Assembly: GCA_002104905.1 (NCBI GenBank)
Contig: MCFE01000748.1
Coordinates: 1-39,732, forward strand
DNA from: Basidiobolus meristosporus CBS 931.73
Lineage: Eukaryota; Fungi; Basidiobolomycota
Length of the DNA stretch: 39,732 bases
Reading direction: 5' to 3'
Shown: one piece after another, positions 13,003-24,899 of the stretch
Layout: each line of letters begins with the position of its first letter
How positions within the stretch are numbered: position 1 is the first letter of the stretch
The notes under the pieces: generated by a model
Told to the model about the DNA's origin: nothing
Seen by the model: the letters and a program-made list of their open reading frames with translations, nothing else
The model's database searches: none
Program-made: the position numbers and the translations under genes

Positions 13003-13350
13003 TGTTGTAAGAGTCTTGGGGATATGGGAAGTGGCTAGGAAACAAGTAGATTGTGTGGTTTTCACCTGATGGTTTATTGAATGTAAAAGTAATATTTATA
13101 CTTTTCCTTGGTCTTGGCATAATAAGCATGTAGAATAGGTTCAGGAAGGTCTCAAGAACTTGTGTACAAGGTTTGAGGCTGTTTGGACCACTTTGGCGAT
13201 TTTCATGTTCTGGGTACCTGGTATTTTGGTGCAAATATTCTAAGTATATCCCAACAAGGAATTTGGTCAGTATTCTCTAGGATTTGAAGGTAATGATCTA
13301 AGTGACTAAGTTAGGTGAATATTTAGGTGGAATTACAAATTTTTACAACC
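13003..13350 (-). repeat. 5' LTR of copia copy 2
   Basis: Same length (348 bp) as, and colinear with, 3306-3653; outer terminal base mutated. Confidence 0.92.
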
Positions 13351-13355
13351 CAAAA

Positions 13356-13865
13356 TAGCAGCTATGACAGAATACTTTGTGTTCCTACTCCATTTGAAGC
13401 ATGGTATAGATACAGACCAAGTGTAGAATATCTAAGAATATTTGGGTGTACAGCATATGCCAAGAATATGCCCAGAAATCAGTCAAAATTTGAGCCAAAA
13501 AGTGTTAATTGCATTTTTTTGGGCTACTGTAATGAGTGTAAAGCACAGACTCTACAATACCAAAGCAAAGAAGCTAATCAAGTCCATGGATGTGTTGTTT
13601 GATGAAAATTCAAAATTTTCACAAATAAAATATCAGAGGACAACAAAAATTTGATCTCAAGTCCACCAAATGTCAGGATTGAATCAGAGCAAACAATGAA
13701 AATTTTTTCACTCCAGAGGACTCTACAACTGTGGTTCAGCCTGAAGCAGTGCCCAGGAATATCCCAGAAGTGGCCATCCCAGTATTAAATGCCCAGAGAT
13801 CCCACTGGACAAGATGTAGCTCAAATTACTATATCAATATGGGGATAAACTTAGCCTTATGCTAT
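13356..13865 (+). pseudogene. Integrase C-terminal part and linker of copia copy 1
   Basis: PFEAWY..RPSVEYLRIFGCTAYAK..FLGYCNECKA..KLIKSMDVLFDE; resumes exactly where 3305 was broken. Confidence 0.88.
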
Positions 13866-14055
13866 TGTTAGAGCTATAAATCTTACATCTGCACCTAAAT
13901 ATTTACCCAGGTCACTTGGATAGCAGCCTACAAATCTCTGAGAATTCTTACTAAACTCCTTGCTCAAATTTACTTCATGTATTTCACCACAAAATCAGGT
14001 GTCCAGAACATGTAAATTCTCAAAGTTGACAAAACAGCCCCACACTGTACACATA

Positions 14056-14343
14056 AACTCTTAAGACGGATCTCAAAGTTAGAATTTAGTGGAGCTTAGC
14101 TGGTATTTTGATGATGTCTTGGCTTAAAGTTTTGAGTTGCATTTTTTGGTGGAAGGAGCAAATAGTTGAGAATCAAATTTGCTATGAATGCTTGTTGTGC
14201 CAGTCTCCCCTTGAAGAGGATATCTGCTTGTCTGATGAGAAGCTAGTACCCAAAATATTAAGAGTTGTGACTTTTGGGAAGGTTAGGATTCTGCTGATAG
14301 CATGATAATACTTGACTGACCTTTTGCTAATTTTTTCTTAGGG
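14056..14343. mobile_element. Unassigned ~288-bp insert in the copy 3 LTR, ending in a CMC-like terminus
   Basis: The host LTR reads through once it is removed; right end TTTTTTCTTAGGG resembles ATTTTTCATAGGG; no matching left end. Confidence 0.45.
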
Positions 14344-14463
14344 TATGTTGTTGGGACCTTCTTAAGCATATTCTTTGTGCTTGATTTGCAAAGACCATGT
14401 AAAGTATAAACACTACTTTTACATTCATAAGGCAATCAGTAAAATTATAAAATATACTAGCGC

Positions 14464-15534
14464 TGTAGTGGGGTGACAGTGACACCCACTGACAGATGTG
14501 CTCATTCCCTTATTTTCTACTTCCCTATATCCCTACTACACTCATTTTAGTTTTATCCCATTTGTCTTACCCAATCAGTACTATCCCATAAGCCGGTTGA
14601 CTATCACACCTGCTTACCTTATTACATAAGTTACCCCTCACTTTATGTAAGATTACTAGTTACAAGTGCTTCTATATTAGGCAAGTACCCGCGCCAGTAC
14701 CCGTGACACATGATCAACCCGTGTCACCATCCCTACCATTTCCATACCATATATGGTATCCCCATGTTACACAGGTTTCAGAATACTGATTCCTGATTGG
14801 TTGGATGTGCTGTGCCTCTTAGAACCTTCTGGCACCTACTTAGAACATTCTTAGGTCATTCTGATGTCATTAAGATTTCTATTGATATCCGGAACCTTCT
14901 GGAACACCATGATTAGTAATCACTTAGCCAGTAAGAAAAGTATATAAGGGAGGCTATCCCTCAACAATAAATCATCATCCCTTTTATCAATATACCGACT
15001 TGTTGATTAGTGTGATCACTGCTACCTGCTGCTACCTGAACTTCCAACCCTAGACCACAGGACACTCCCAGGAAACCACGCTGACAGCCAACTGACCTTG
15101 GAGGCACTACTTGTGAGGAATACTCAGAGTAGGTATCTTTTATTATATTTGATTCTTTCCCAAGTTTGTTCTTGTACAGGCAAAGATACTTTTCTGTCTT
15201 TGTAACTATTGACCACAGCTGCATTCTTATCAAGTCCCTGCTGGTGGAGTTTACAGTTGTTTTGACTTTGGAAGCTTTAGTACATTGTCATCTCAAAGGA
15301 CGCTGAACCCAGCACATACTTTTGTTAAGACGCCAACTAAGTTGGGGATTGTAGCTCAATAGTTTTCCCTTGACAAGCTTGTGGCTTTATTCCCCTTCAC
15401 ATTAGATTAGAGACAGAACCCAAGTATTCCTAGCAAGCTTTTGCCAGAGGTTATCGCACCCAGTGAACACCCCACACACAAAACACTTGAGGAGTGTTGG
15501 ACGTATCTCTCCCTTGGACCTATACACCACCACA
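14464..15534 (+). repeat. Solo LTR of an unidentified (possibly Ty3/Gypsy) element, 1,071 bp
   Basis: TGTAGTGG...CCACCACA termini; GCGC at 14460-14463 and 15535-15538; TATATAA at 14941 followed by AATAAA at 14966; no coding capacity; host LTR colinear after removal. Confidence 0.85.
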
Positions 15535-15589
15535 GCGCTCCCAATCACTTATAATGCTGCCAAGACTCTTACAGCAGGTTATAGCCCCC

Positions 15590-17490
15590 AAGCTGCCATT
15601 TTCAGGAATGCCAACTACTGATATTACTGAATTCATGTGCGCAGCAGAATGGTTAGATGAATTAAGCATCCAAGTCTGGAAGGTGGAGACAAAGATGCAG
15701 CTACAGGAACAAGACCTCTGGAATATTGTTATAGGAGAAGATTACCCTTCTAAAGGTGTAGGAGAAGAAGCCTTTAAGTACCAGAAGAAAGAGCAATGTG
15801 ATTTTAACTGCATTTGCTTTATTGTTAAAGACAAATTACTAACTCAATGCTCATGAGAAAAAGCAGCAAAGAGTGCTTGGAAGGCATTAGAAGTTGCCAA
15901 ACAGTCATCCTTAGCTGCTAGAACAATATATCTCAGACAAATACACTCTACTCCAACAATGCTGCCAGGAGAAGAAATGAAAATTCTAATTAGCAGAATA
16001 GCCCTGTTGGCTGAGAAGATGGACTCAGTGGGTGTACCTACCACAGATGAATATATGATAGGTACACTCCTCCATAACCTCACAGACAAGCTTCAGGGAC
16101 TTGTTTCTGCACTAGAGTCCAGAACAGAATATTTGACTTCTAACTATGTATTTAGAAGGCCCCTGGATAAAAAATCTAGAAAATCAAGCACCAACAAGAA
16201 GGAAGTGTTAAATGCTTTAACATGCAATGAAGACCATCAGAGGAGGTACTCAAGACCCTTTAAAGGCAACAGCAACCTTTCATGCAGCTACAGCAAAAGG
16301 AAAGGACACATATCAGACAGATATTCCAGAAAGGGGCACAAATACTGAATATGGAAATACTGCAACAACTTGAGATAGATTGTTCATATCTGCACTAGAT
16401 ATTACTACAGACCAGGAATCTCAGATATGGTATATTTCCACTGGAGCATCTCAACACTTCACAAATCAAAAAGAACCTCTACTCATCATCAGGAAGTTCC
16501 AATGGAAAATGGTTTTATGGGTGACAATAGAACACTTCTTGCTGTTGGAGAGGAAAGTATCCAAGTAAGCATCATAGGCAGTGTAAGAAGTGGCACACTT
16601 GCCTTCAAAGAAGTACTCTTTATACCAGAAATAGCCAAGGACCTACTAATGGTAAGCAATGCTACAGCAAAAGTACTCAGTTTCAAGTTTGACAACTCTG
16701 GACGCAGGATCATTGACCAAAATGGTGTTCAAATTGCTTTGGGTATCAAAAAATAAAATCTATACATTTTAATTACATTTCACCATAGCTGGAAGCCGGT
16801 ATAAGTAACTTGATTGAAGAAAAACCAATGCTTTGGCTCAGGAGATTGGGCACATCAATTTTGATTCTTTGTGCAAAATGTTCATAGTTCAGCTAACATC
16901 TGGGGTGAAAATTGACCTCTCAGCTGATATGGTGCACTTTATAGCCCGCATATATTGCAACCAAGTCAAACAACTTCTTAAGAGATTTGTGTTATTAGCT
17001 ACTAAGAAAAACTAAACCTAATCCACCCATATTTGTGTGTACCTATGCACTTTTTTCCTCAGGGGGAAGGGAGTTTTAGCCACACTTATTGATGATGATA
17101 ACAGGTACACCTGAGTCTACCGCATGGAAAGAAAGAAAGTAGCTCTGCCTGAGCTCAGGGAATTTAAAGCCATTGCTGAGAGAGAAACTGGTGAAAAAAA
17201 TCTACAAAAATGATCTGACAATGATAGATATTTTACCTCAATACTGTTCACCCACTTCTGCAAGATTCATGGGATATTGAAAGATACTACTGCACTCTGC
17301 ATCAAACAGTGAAATGAGGCTTCAGAACATTCATACAGATTTAAAATCAATACAGCAAGACCTACTACCATGATCAAAAAATATCCTATGACTATTGCAT
17401 GGAATCCGTTGCTACAGCTGTGTATATTAGAAACCAGAGTTATAGCATAACACTTTGCTATTTACTTCATTTGGGGCAGTATATGGACAC
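15590..17490 (+). pseudogene. Copia gag-protease-integrase remnants of copy 3
   Basis: QVWKVETKMQLQEQDLWNIV, degraded knuckle, WYISTGASQHF, IGHINFD; heavily frameshifted. Confidence 0.82.
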
Positions 17491-17496
17491 ATATTA

Positions 17497-19200
17497 TGGC
17501 CACATTACTTCTTTATAGCTTCACAAGCTGCCATATACTCTGCTTCTGCGGTATAGAGTGCCCTGCCTTGGATGCTTTCTTGAGCTCCATTAAAATGCTT
17601 CTTTTCAGCAAAGAAAGGTGTATCCTGTGGTGGATTCTCTGTCTTAAGCAGATATTAGCTGTTCCTTTTAGGTATCAAAAATCTACTAACTGCTGCAATA
17701 CAATCAGATCCATAGTTCTGATTATGCAGGCTGACAACTCCCACTAAACACAAGATATCTAGGTGTGTTTCATGCAAAATATATATCCAACTGCCAACCA
17801 TATGTTAATAAAGAAAGTCAGGGCTTTCAGATGGCACCACACTCTCTTGATTTAGTTGAGTTTTGACCAAGTTAAGGTTTGTCTCCATTGATGTAACTTC
17901 CAGTTAACAGTTTTCTATATGGTACTTCCTTAGTATATCTTCAATATACCTGGACTGGCTTAGGGTGATAGTCTGGTTACTTCTGTCTATGGAGAATTTT
18001 ATCCCCAAGTGGCAACTGAGTTCTCCTAGATTGGACATCTTGAACTCCTTAGATAGGCTGGATTTAGTCACTTCTAGTGTTTCTAGGTCATTGGTGGCTA
18101 TAATAAGATCATCCACACATACAGCCAATAGGACTGAACTTGCCCTATCTGGTTTAGAGTGTATATATTAGTCAGCAGTATACCTTTGAAAACTCAATAA
18201 TTTCAAATAAGAAGCTATCTTGCAACTCTAAGCACTTGGTGCTTGTTTAAGACCATATAGAGATTTTTTAAGCTTGCTGACTATATGGGGGTTATATTAG
18301 TATGAATTAAACCTGGCTGCCAGTGCAAAGGTCTGAGTACAGTCAATTCCTGTTGTTTGAGAGTATCCTTGGGCCACAGGTGTTGCTTTGTATCTTTCAA
18401 TTGTACCATTGGTGTAATATTTGTTCTTGATGACTCATCTGCATCCAATTGATTTTTGGTTGATTGGTAATTTAACTGAGTCTCATCTTCAGTATTTTAT
18501 CAGGGCCTGATACTCCCCAGTCATTGCAGATCTACAAAAATGTGTCTGAAGGATTTTGAGAGCCTCTTTAAAGTCTGTGGCTTATTAATAAGGACTGAAT
18601 ATCCAAAGGCTAGGTTAGTATCCTCATTTGTATAGTTATTTAGGTTATTTCTGGTCCAGTTGCATCATCTGGTTTATGATATAGGGATGATCACATCTGA
18701 GATATTCCTGGGCACTGGTTCAGGCTGAGCCATGGCTGTAGAGCCCTATGGAGTGGAAAGATTATCATTGTCTTGCTCTGATCCAATCCTAACTGTTGGT
18801 GAACTTGAGATCAGATCTCAGCCTTCAGATAATATCTTTTTCCGTGGTAATTTTGCATTTTCAGCAAACAACACATCCCCAGACTTGCTCAGCTTCTTTG
18901 CTTTAGTATGTGCTTTACTCTTTTTCAGTAGCCCAAAAATACACATATTACACTTTGTGGCTCAAATTTTGACTGATATTTGGGTAGTTTCTTGGCATAT
19001 GCTATACTCCCAGATATTCTTGGATGTTCTGCAGTTGTTCTGTGCCCATACCATGCTTCAGGTTAAATACAATCACAAAGCATACTAATATAACTCTTAT
19101 CCTCAAGGTATATAGCTGTGGCAACCAATACCAGCCAAAAATTGTTGGATAATTTCTGATCATATATCATGGATCTTGTCATATCAATTACTGATCTGTT
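17497..19200 (-). pseudogene. Copia family-1 pol fragment, copy 4 (integrase C-terminus, RT, start of RNase H), no LTRs
   Basis: CVDDLIIA (YVDD motif), MSNLGELS.HLGI, ALYTAEAEYMAACEA on the minus strand; colinear with 3960-5850. Confidence 0.82.
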
Positions 19201-19201
19201 T

Positions 19202-19261
19202 GCTAATGTCACTAATTCTTGAGAAGTCTCTTACATCCAAGACACTTATCAAATTGCAACA
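19202..19261 (+). repeat. Terminal fragment of a family-2 copia LTR
   Basis: ...CTTACATCCAAGACACTTATCAAATTGCAACA matches the reverse complement of the first ~60 bp of 34664-35032. Confidence 0.65.
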
Positions 19262-19819
19262 GACACTTTCATATAGCTTGCAAACTCTCTTATCAATGTA
19301 TTGTTATCCCTTGCTTTATGCTTCACAACTTGTTGAAGCTTGCCACGCCACTAAAGGGTTTGTGGTGACTTTTCTTTGTATGCTCCTTATACGACTGTTG
19401 TAACTGATGCCCTACTTATGTTGTTTTGTTAGAGGTGTCACCATTTACATAGTTTCTTGTAGGCTCTAGCCTTCACTAGTCTGTAGCTCTTTAGGTAGTA
19501 TTAATATCACAAGTCCAATAATATCTCCAATTGCATATAATGAAGTAACAATGTTATGTGTAAAGTCATCTTTTCAGCAGCACTATTTAATCCATAAACT
19601 ACCAAGGGAGGCTTAAGTCATAAACTATATGTAGGGGAATTGGGGTGCAAGCAATCTGCTTACCCAATCTCAGGCTCATAATAGGCTAGGCAGAGATAAC
19701 TGAGTGGGTGCATGGGGGCAGGTGTCATGAGTGTGCCAGGAGAAACCCAGTAGAATCTGAACAGAACTCTGGGGTAGGATGTGGCTACTTTGCTGGGTGC
19801 TTGTACTACATAACATCAA

Positions 19820-20330
19820 GTTGATGACAGGCTCCAGAAGAAACATGCCATTCTTTAATACTGACTCCAGCACTCTCTTTATTGCAATAAGCAGATGCTT
19901 ATTTCCAGTACCTTAGCATGCTTACTCCAGTCCCTGCTTTTGTTAGCCTGTTTCTTATGCACTCCTTTCCATGGTGTCCTGGCACCTTGGATTGATTGAG
20001 TAATCAAGTTTTGTTTGCTTTTGTTGTGTTCTTTTCCTTGCAGTAAGTATTTCTCAGCTATATATGGCATCATCTGTAGTATGATGCTATATACTGTAGA
20101 CTATACCCGGCAATATCTTTTTATTGTGTATGCTGGCATTGATACTGAAGGGCTCTACTGAGGATGTTGCCTTCAGGTTTCATGTTGCAAAATATCATTG
20201 AAAGGTTCTTCTTGATGTAAAAGAAATTTCTTTGCAAGTAGAGTTTGCCCATAGCTGACAAGAGATCAAAGATCATCACTGGTAGTTACCAAGCTTCACA
20301 TGCACTATCAATAGTAGTTGGGTTATTGTC
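19820..20330 (-). pseudogene. Very degraded copia-like gag knuckle and protease remnant
   Basis: Minus-strand NQSKVPGHHGKEC (eroded CCHC knuckle) followed by EWHVSSGACH (eroded W..DSGA..H); limits approximate. Confidence 0.4.
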
Positions 20331-20625
20331 TATTGATAAGTTGCCCATTATTTATACCATTGAAAAGCTGCAGAGCTGTAGTGTGCTAATAGGGGTACCT
20401 CCTAATGCATAGGAGAGTACAATAATAGCTTCAGGGGTAGCTCCTAATAGTTGATAAGTATACTAACTGGATCTTGAGAGGGAGAATCTTATAGGATCAT
20501 GGATCTTAGTGAAATGCAGTGTTAATGCTGGAAATGAGTCATATTTTGGTCAAAATCCTTATAAGACTTTTAGGCAAATGCTTAGCGGCTAAATATTATA
20601 TATATCAGCATTTGCTTCAGAATGC

Positions 20626-20969
20626 TGTTGAAATATTAGATAGAAGTATTGGAAGTGAAATGGAGTATTAGAAGATTTACATGATATTCACTTGTTAATC
20701 TATTGAGTTGCAAAACAGTATTTATTTTTATTGCAGAACTACATAAATGCAACTATTTGTTCATTATTAGGGGAGTCTCAGTAGTACATGTACCAACTCT
20801 GAGCTCATATAGACAAGTTTCAGATTTTCCTAAAATTCAGTACCTCACCAACTTCTAATAAATACAAATATTTTACAAACTGGTTTCTAAGTTGATCTTC
20901 TGAAATATATCATAAAAGTGCTAGTTCATAAAATATTGATAATCAGGTGGACTCCTAATCATTTCAACA
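20626..20969 (-). repeat. 3' LTR of the family-3 copia (344 bp)
   Basis: TGTTGAAA...TTTCAACA; homologous to 23624-23770 and 24143-24486. Confidence 0.85.
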
Positions 20970-21420
20970 CTCCCACTTACATTATATATTAATATAATTA
21001 TGAGCTTGCTTTGGTGTTATGCATCTTGTGGCTAAAATTAAATCTGTAAATCACCATCTAGCCTATTGGACTAATGTGTTCTGCAATACATGTTAGGGAT
21101 TGCATATTATTTATAGTAGCTAAGTACAAGCCTATACTATTCATCATATATTTCAGATCAAACTACTCTGAGTCTGAATTCTGATCTCATCACAGGATAT
21201 CTATGAATGAGTAGCATCCACTTGTTTGGAGTGAAGCTTTTTAGATACTGAGCATATCCAGTGATACTGCATAACATCAGGTAGCTGATCTTTCAGGCTT
21301 ACAACTGCTGCTTATTTGAGCATAATTGGTTGATAACTTGCAAAGTTGTGATGCAGTTTCTTTGCAATAGATCTGGATCATCCACAGTTCCAGAATAAAG
21401 TCTAATTTACTTAGACATTG

Positions 21421-21790
21421 TGTTGAAATATTGGGCTATCTGGTATCATTCAGCAGCTAAAAATCTACTTAAAAATACTACACTAGTCTTAGTCACTGTG
21501 GGACTGATTTGCAACCCCAAATTTGCCAGTTTCTTTGCATCTATGATCCTATAATTATTCCCCTATAGTGTAGACCAAATTAACACTTTTTAACAATCAT
21601 AATGTACTAACCCTGAAACTGTTACAGAATGCTCCTGAATGTTAAGAAACCATCCTTACTTAGTGTTACAGCTATATTACTTCAACAAAGGTATAGATAC
21701 AGATCCTCTTTATGAATAAACAAGAGTGCCACTATTATCACTATACCTTGATAAGTTCCTTATATCCAAAGCACTTCTTCAATCTCAACA
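21421..21790 (+). repeat. Solo LTR of copia family 2, diverged (370 bp)
   Basis: Full-length reverse-complement homolog of the 369-bp LTRs at 34664 and 38981; flanks CATTG and TATTC match at only 3 of 5 bases. Confidence 0.85.
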
Positions 21791-24142
21791 TATTCTTTGT
21801 ATATCCATAGCTGGATCTGGATAATAGCTTTCCTTGTATATTCCTGATATCTATTGCTAGAGCCAATGGCTGGTCAGCATTGTGGTATCCTTAATCATCA
21901 CTGGTAGATCTAATGTTTCCTCCTCCATACTAGTGCTCTCAATGGATTTAGACTAGGTTTTCTTCATTCTTGATCTGGAATATTGTACTCATACTGAAGC
22001 TAAATCTTATGGTGCTTCCTGTCTTCTAAAACTGAACTAAAGAGATCATATTTATCATTCTGATCTAGGCATTACTTTCTTGGACTGATATTTCTGTTAC
22101 ATTCTGCAAACTTCCTGTTGGCATCTTGACAGGCTTGATATGGTATCACAGATTGCCACAGTCTGATTGGTAGCTATTCATCAAGGCTCCATACCAAGCA
22201 GGGTAGGTATGTTCTCTTACATACCATTGCACTCAAACCATACTACCAGATCTGGCACTTTGCAATTGTGTAACTCAACCATAACAGCCCTAATTTGCCA
22301 TTGTTACTTTTGGTGGAATATTCCAGCATAGAGCTTAATTGCCAAAGAAAATGGACAAACCCCTGAGCATCTGCATCAACTAAAAACCTTAGGTTAGTCC
22401 TGAGTACCACGTTTATAGCTCCAACTGTGGGGAATTTGACTTCATTGTTCATTATGACATTGATGTTGCCTCTCAGTGCGTGGCTTCTCATGTACTTTTC
22501 TGCTGCTCTTCCAAGCATCAATACTCCATTATCCTTGTGTGATAGGATTGCTGGATCATATGTAGTGTGCAAGATGGTTCAAATCTGGCTTAGGTATTAC
22601 CTAACTCTGTTAAGAAACTGGAAACTTATTGGCTGTAGGTTTTGTTTGCTATCTGGTCCTGAAGATACTTGTTGCTGAATTTTCCTCCTTGATTTAGTTC
22701 TGGATCATGCTGGTAGCATATGCACAGTTTGTCAGATCCCCAAGAGTACTCAGGAACCTCCTGTCTGCAGAGCAATTCTGTTCTGAGATGTTTCATCTAA
22801 GTTGTTCATCCACTTTTATCTAACATAACTATTCACAGGATTGTTCAGATTTGATCAAGTAAACTTCTGTAAAAAGCCATTTCTCTCAGCATCTCTGCAG
22901 CAGATATTACTTGCTGCTGTGTGGCATGTTGCTGGGAGCTGCAAGCAGACTGATCTGATCATAAGAGCAAGAAAAATATCTGATCTATATTATGTATACA
23001 ATTGGCAATCACTTAGTGCCTAGTGATATATGTACCAGTATAGGGCACCAAGTGCATTCCTCAGTAGTATTTCATATAATTTCTATAGTATATATAGAGA
23101 CTATATGCATATACTTTGGTCACAATCTCCAGTAGCACTTTTCATGATGGCATTAAAAGTTCCATGCTCAGATATTCATAGGTATATCTCCTCCCACTGT
23201 TTCTGATACTTAATGAAGACATGTGGTTTGTCTAATAAGCTTCTCACAGAGCCTCAGGATCATTGATACAAGAAATAGTACCAATGTTATATTATGTGCA
23301 CTACTTCAAAATTGGCATGTTTGAGATCCCTGATCTTTGCCCAAATATATTGCTTGCTGGGATTACATGTCTTATCAATGCTTCATCCTGCTGCACATTT
23401 TGTAATTTGAAATGTGTCCAACATGATCTCCTCAGCATATGACCTCTCTCTTCTCTCAATATCCCCATTAAAGGCAAAGGCCTTTCTCTCCATAACACTA
23501 TATGCTACCTAGCAGTACCTAGCAATGGCAGGACTTTTCTGTCTTTTGTAATTCCAGGTAGACGAGGTAGTCTTTCTGCAGAATGAAGACACCCAGCATA
23601 TAGCAAGCTTGGTGCTCATAAGCTCTTGAAATATTGGAGAGATATATCAGAGGTGAAATGGAGAATTAGAAGATTTACATGATAGTCACTTGCTAATTTA
23701 TTGAGTTGCAACACAGTATTGAAGCTTATTGCAGAACTACATAAGTGTATCTATTTGCTCATTATTATGATTGATACAATTGATGGCATTTTGCAGATAA
23801 GTGTATAAGCTTTCTACAGTACTATAATAACTGCTCTACTCAAACTTTGTAGTGCACCAAACACATTGTAGCTGGAGGTTCATGAGCCTTCTGGGCAACT
23901 TTATGGCATATTAACAGCAGTTTTTGCCTCTATGATTGCAAAAATAGCAAAATGAATAATAATGCTGCTATGGTCTTTAGTCAAGGTTGACCTGATGTTA
24001 AGGTGATTGAAATGGAGTCTTCATGTATTTGAGCTGCCCTCTACAGCTAATTCATGAGGTTTTCTAATTATAAATAACCTTATGGTCTTTAGGCAACCAA
24101 TGTATCAATCTTTTTTGGCATTATCATGGCAGTACAGTGTCC

Positions 24143-24486
24143 TGTTGAAAAGTCAGAGCTATATAGTGGAAGTGAAATGGAGAATTAGTAGACTTACTTG
24201 ATATTCACTTGTTGTTTCATTGAGTTTCAACACAGTATTTATACCTATTGCAGAAATACTTGAGTGTACTACTTGGTCATTGTTGGGAAGGTCTCAGGAA
24301 CACATGTGCCAGGTTTCAGCTCATTTTGACAAGTTTCAAATTTTTCTAAAATTCTGTGTCTCAGTTCATAATGATTAGCATGCATCTTACAAGCTAATTT
24401 CTAAGTTATTATTCCAAACAGATCATTAAACAAAGTGCTATTACATATTATACTAATAATCAGGTCAACTCCTAATTACTTCAAAA
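24143..24486 (-). repeat. Solo LTR of copia family 3 (344 bp)
   Basis: Colinear with 20626-20969; perfect 5-bp TSD TGTCC at 24138-24142 and 24487-24491. Confidence 0.9.
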
Positions 24487-24899
24487 TGTCCTATAGCTAG
24501 TCTTGCATAATGCTTCCATATCATTTTTGATATGGTTTTTCTTTTATCTACCTCTCCTTGTACTATTCACTTTTCCACTGTGAAATTGCAGCTTTGCATT
24601 TGCTTACTCACTATTACCATGGGTATCCCACATATACTTTGAGCCAGAATCAAGTAACACCTTGTGAGTTGTATCTTCTATGCACATGCATATCCAATGC
24701 ACTCAATGCACTTTTATCATGAAAACATAGTTGCTCTTAGGTGTACATTTGCAAAGTTGTTGTGTATCATGATTTGCTGTTATCTAAGATTTGCACATGC
24801 ATATGCTTAATTGCCACCACTGTGCCATGAGACTTATTAGCAACCTACAAAATATCTTTTGATACTTGACAATCAGATCCATCTCCCTGCTGGATTCTA

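Larger units (their letters stand above)
3306..13350 (-). mobile_element. Ty1/copia element, family 1, copy 2; full span with both LTRs, interrupted by CMC copy A
   Basis: 348-bp LTRs at 3306-3653 and 13003-13350; flanks TAAAA (3301-3305) and CAAAA (13351-13355) form a 5-bp TSD with one transition; PBS and PPT present. Confidence 0.93.
1101..13865 (+). mobile_element. Ty1/copia element, LTR family 1, copy 1 (segments 1101-3305 and 13356-13865; 3' part missing)
   Basis: 5' LTR, PBS, then gag, protease and integrase in copia order. The integrase breaks at 3305 and resumes colinearly at 13356, after the nested copy 2 and its TSD; cut again at 13866 by copy 3. Confidence 0.9.
13866..17490 (+). 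mobile_element. Ty1/copia element, divergent family-1 relative, copy 3 (5' LTR 13866-15576 split by two inserts; 3' half missing)
   Basis: LTR pieces 13866-14055, 14344-14463 and 15539-15576 join into a family-1-like LTR; PBS variant GGTTATAGCCCC at 15577-15588; then gag, protease and integrase remnants. Confidence 0.82.
20626..23770 (-). mobile_element. Ty1/copia element, LTR family 3, old and internally deleted
   Basis: 3' LTR 20626-20969 with minus-strand PPT AAGTGGGAG; eroded PBS GGTGCTCATAAGC at 23611-23623; partial 5' LTR from 23624; eroded integrase-like sequence around 22250-22600. Confidence 0.7.

Noticed and set aside
24641-24666. Minus-strand HKVLLDSGS resembling a retropepsin active site
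   Set aside because: It lies downstream of the Gypsy RNase H and integrase, the wrong position for that element's protease, with no supporting gag context; possibly chance or a separate unresolved fragment.
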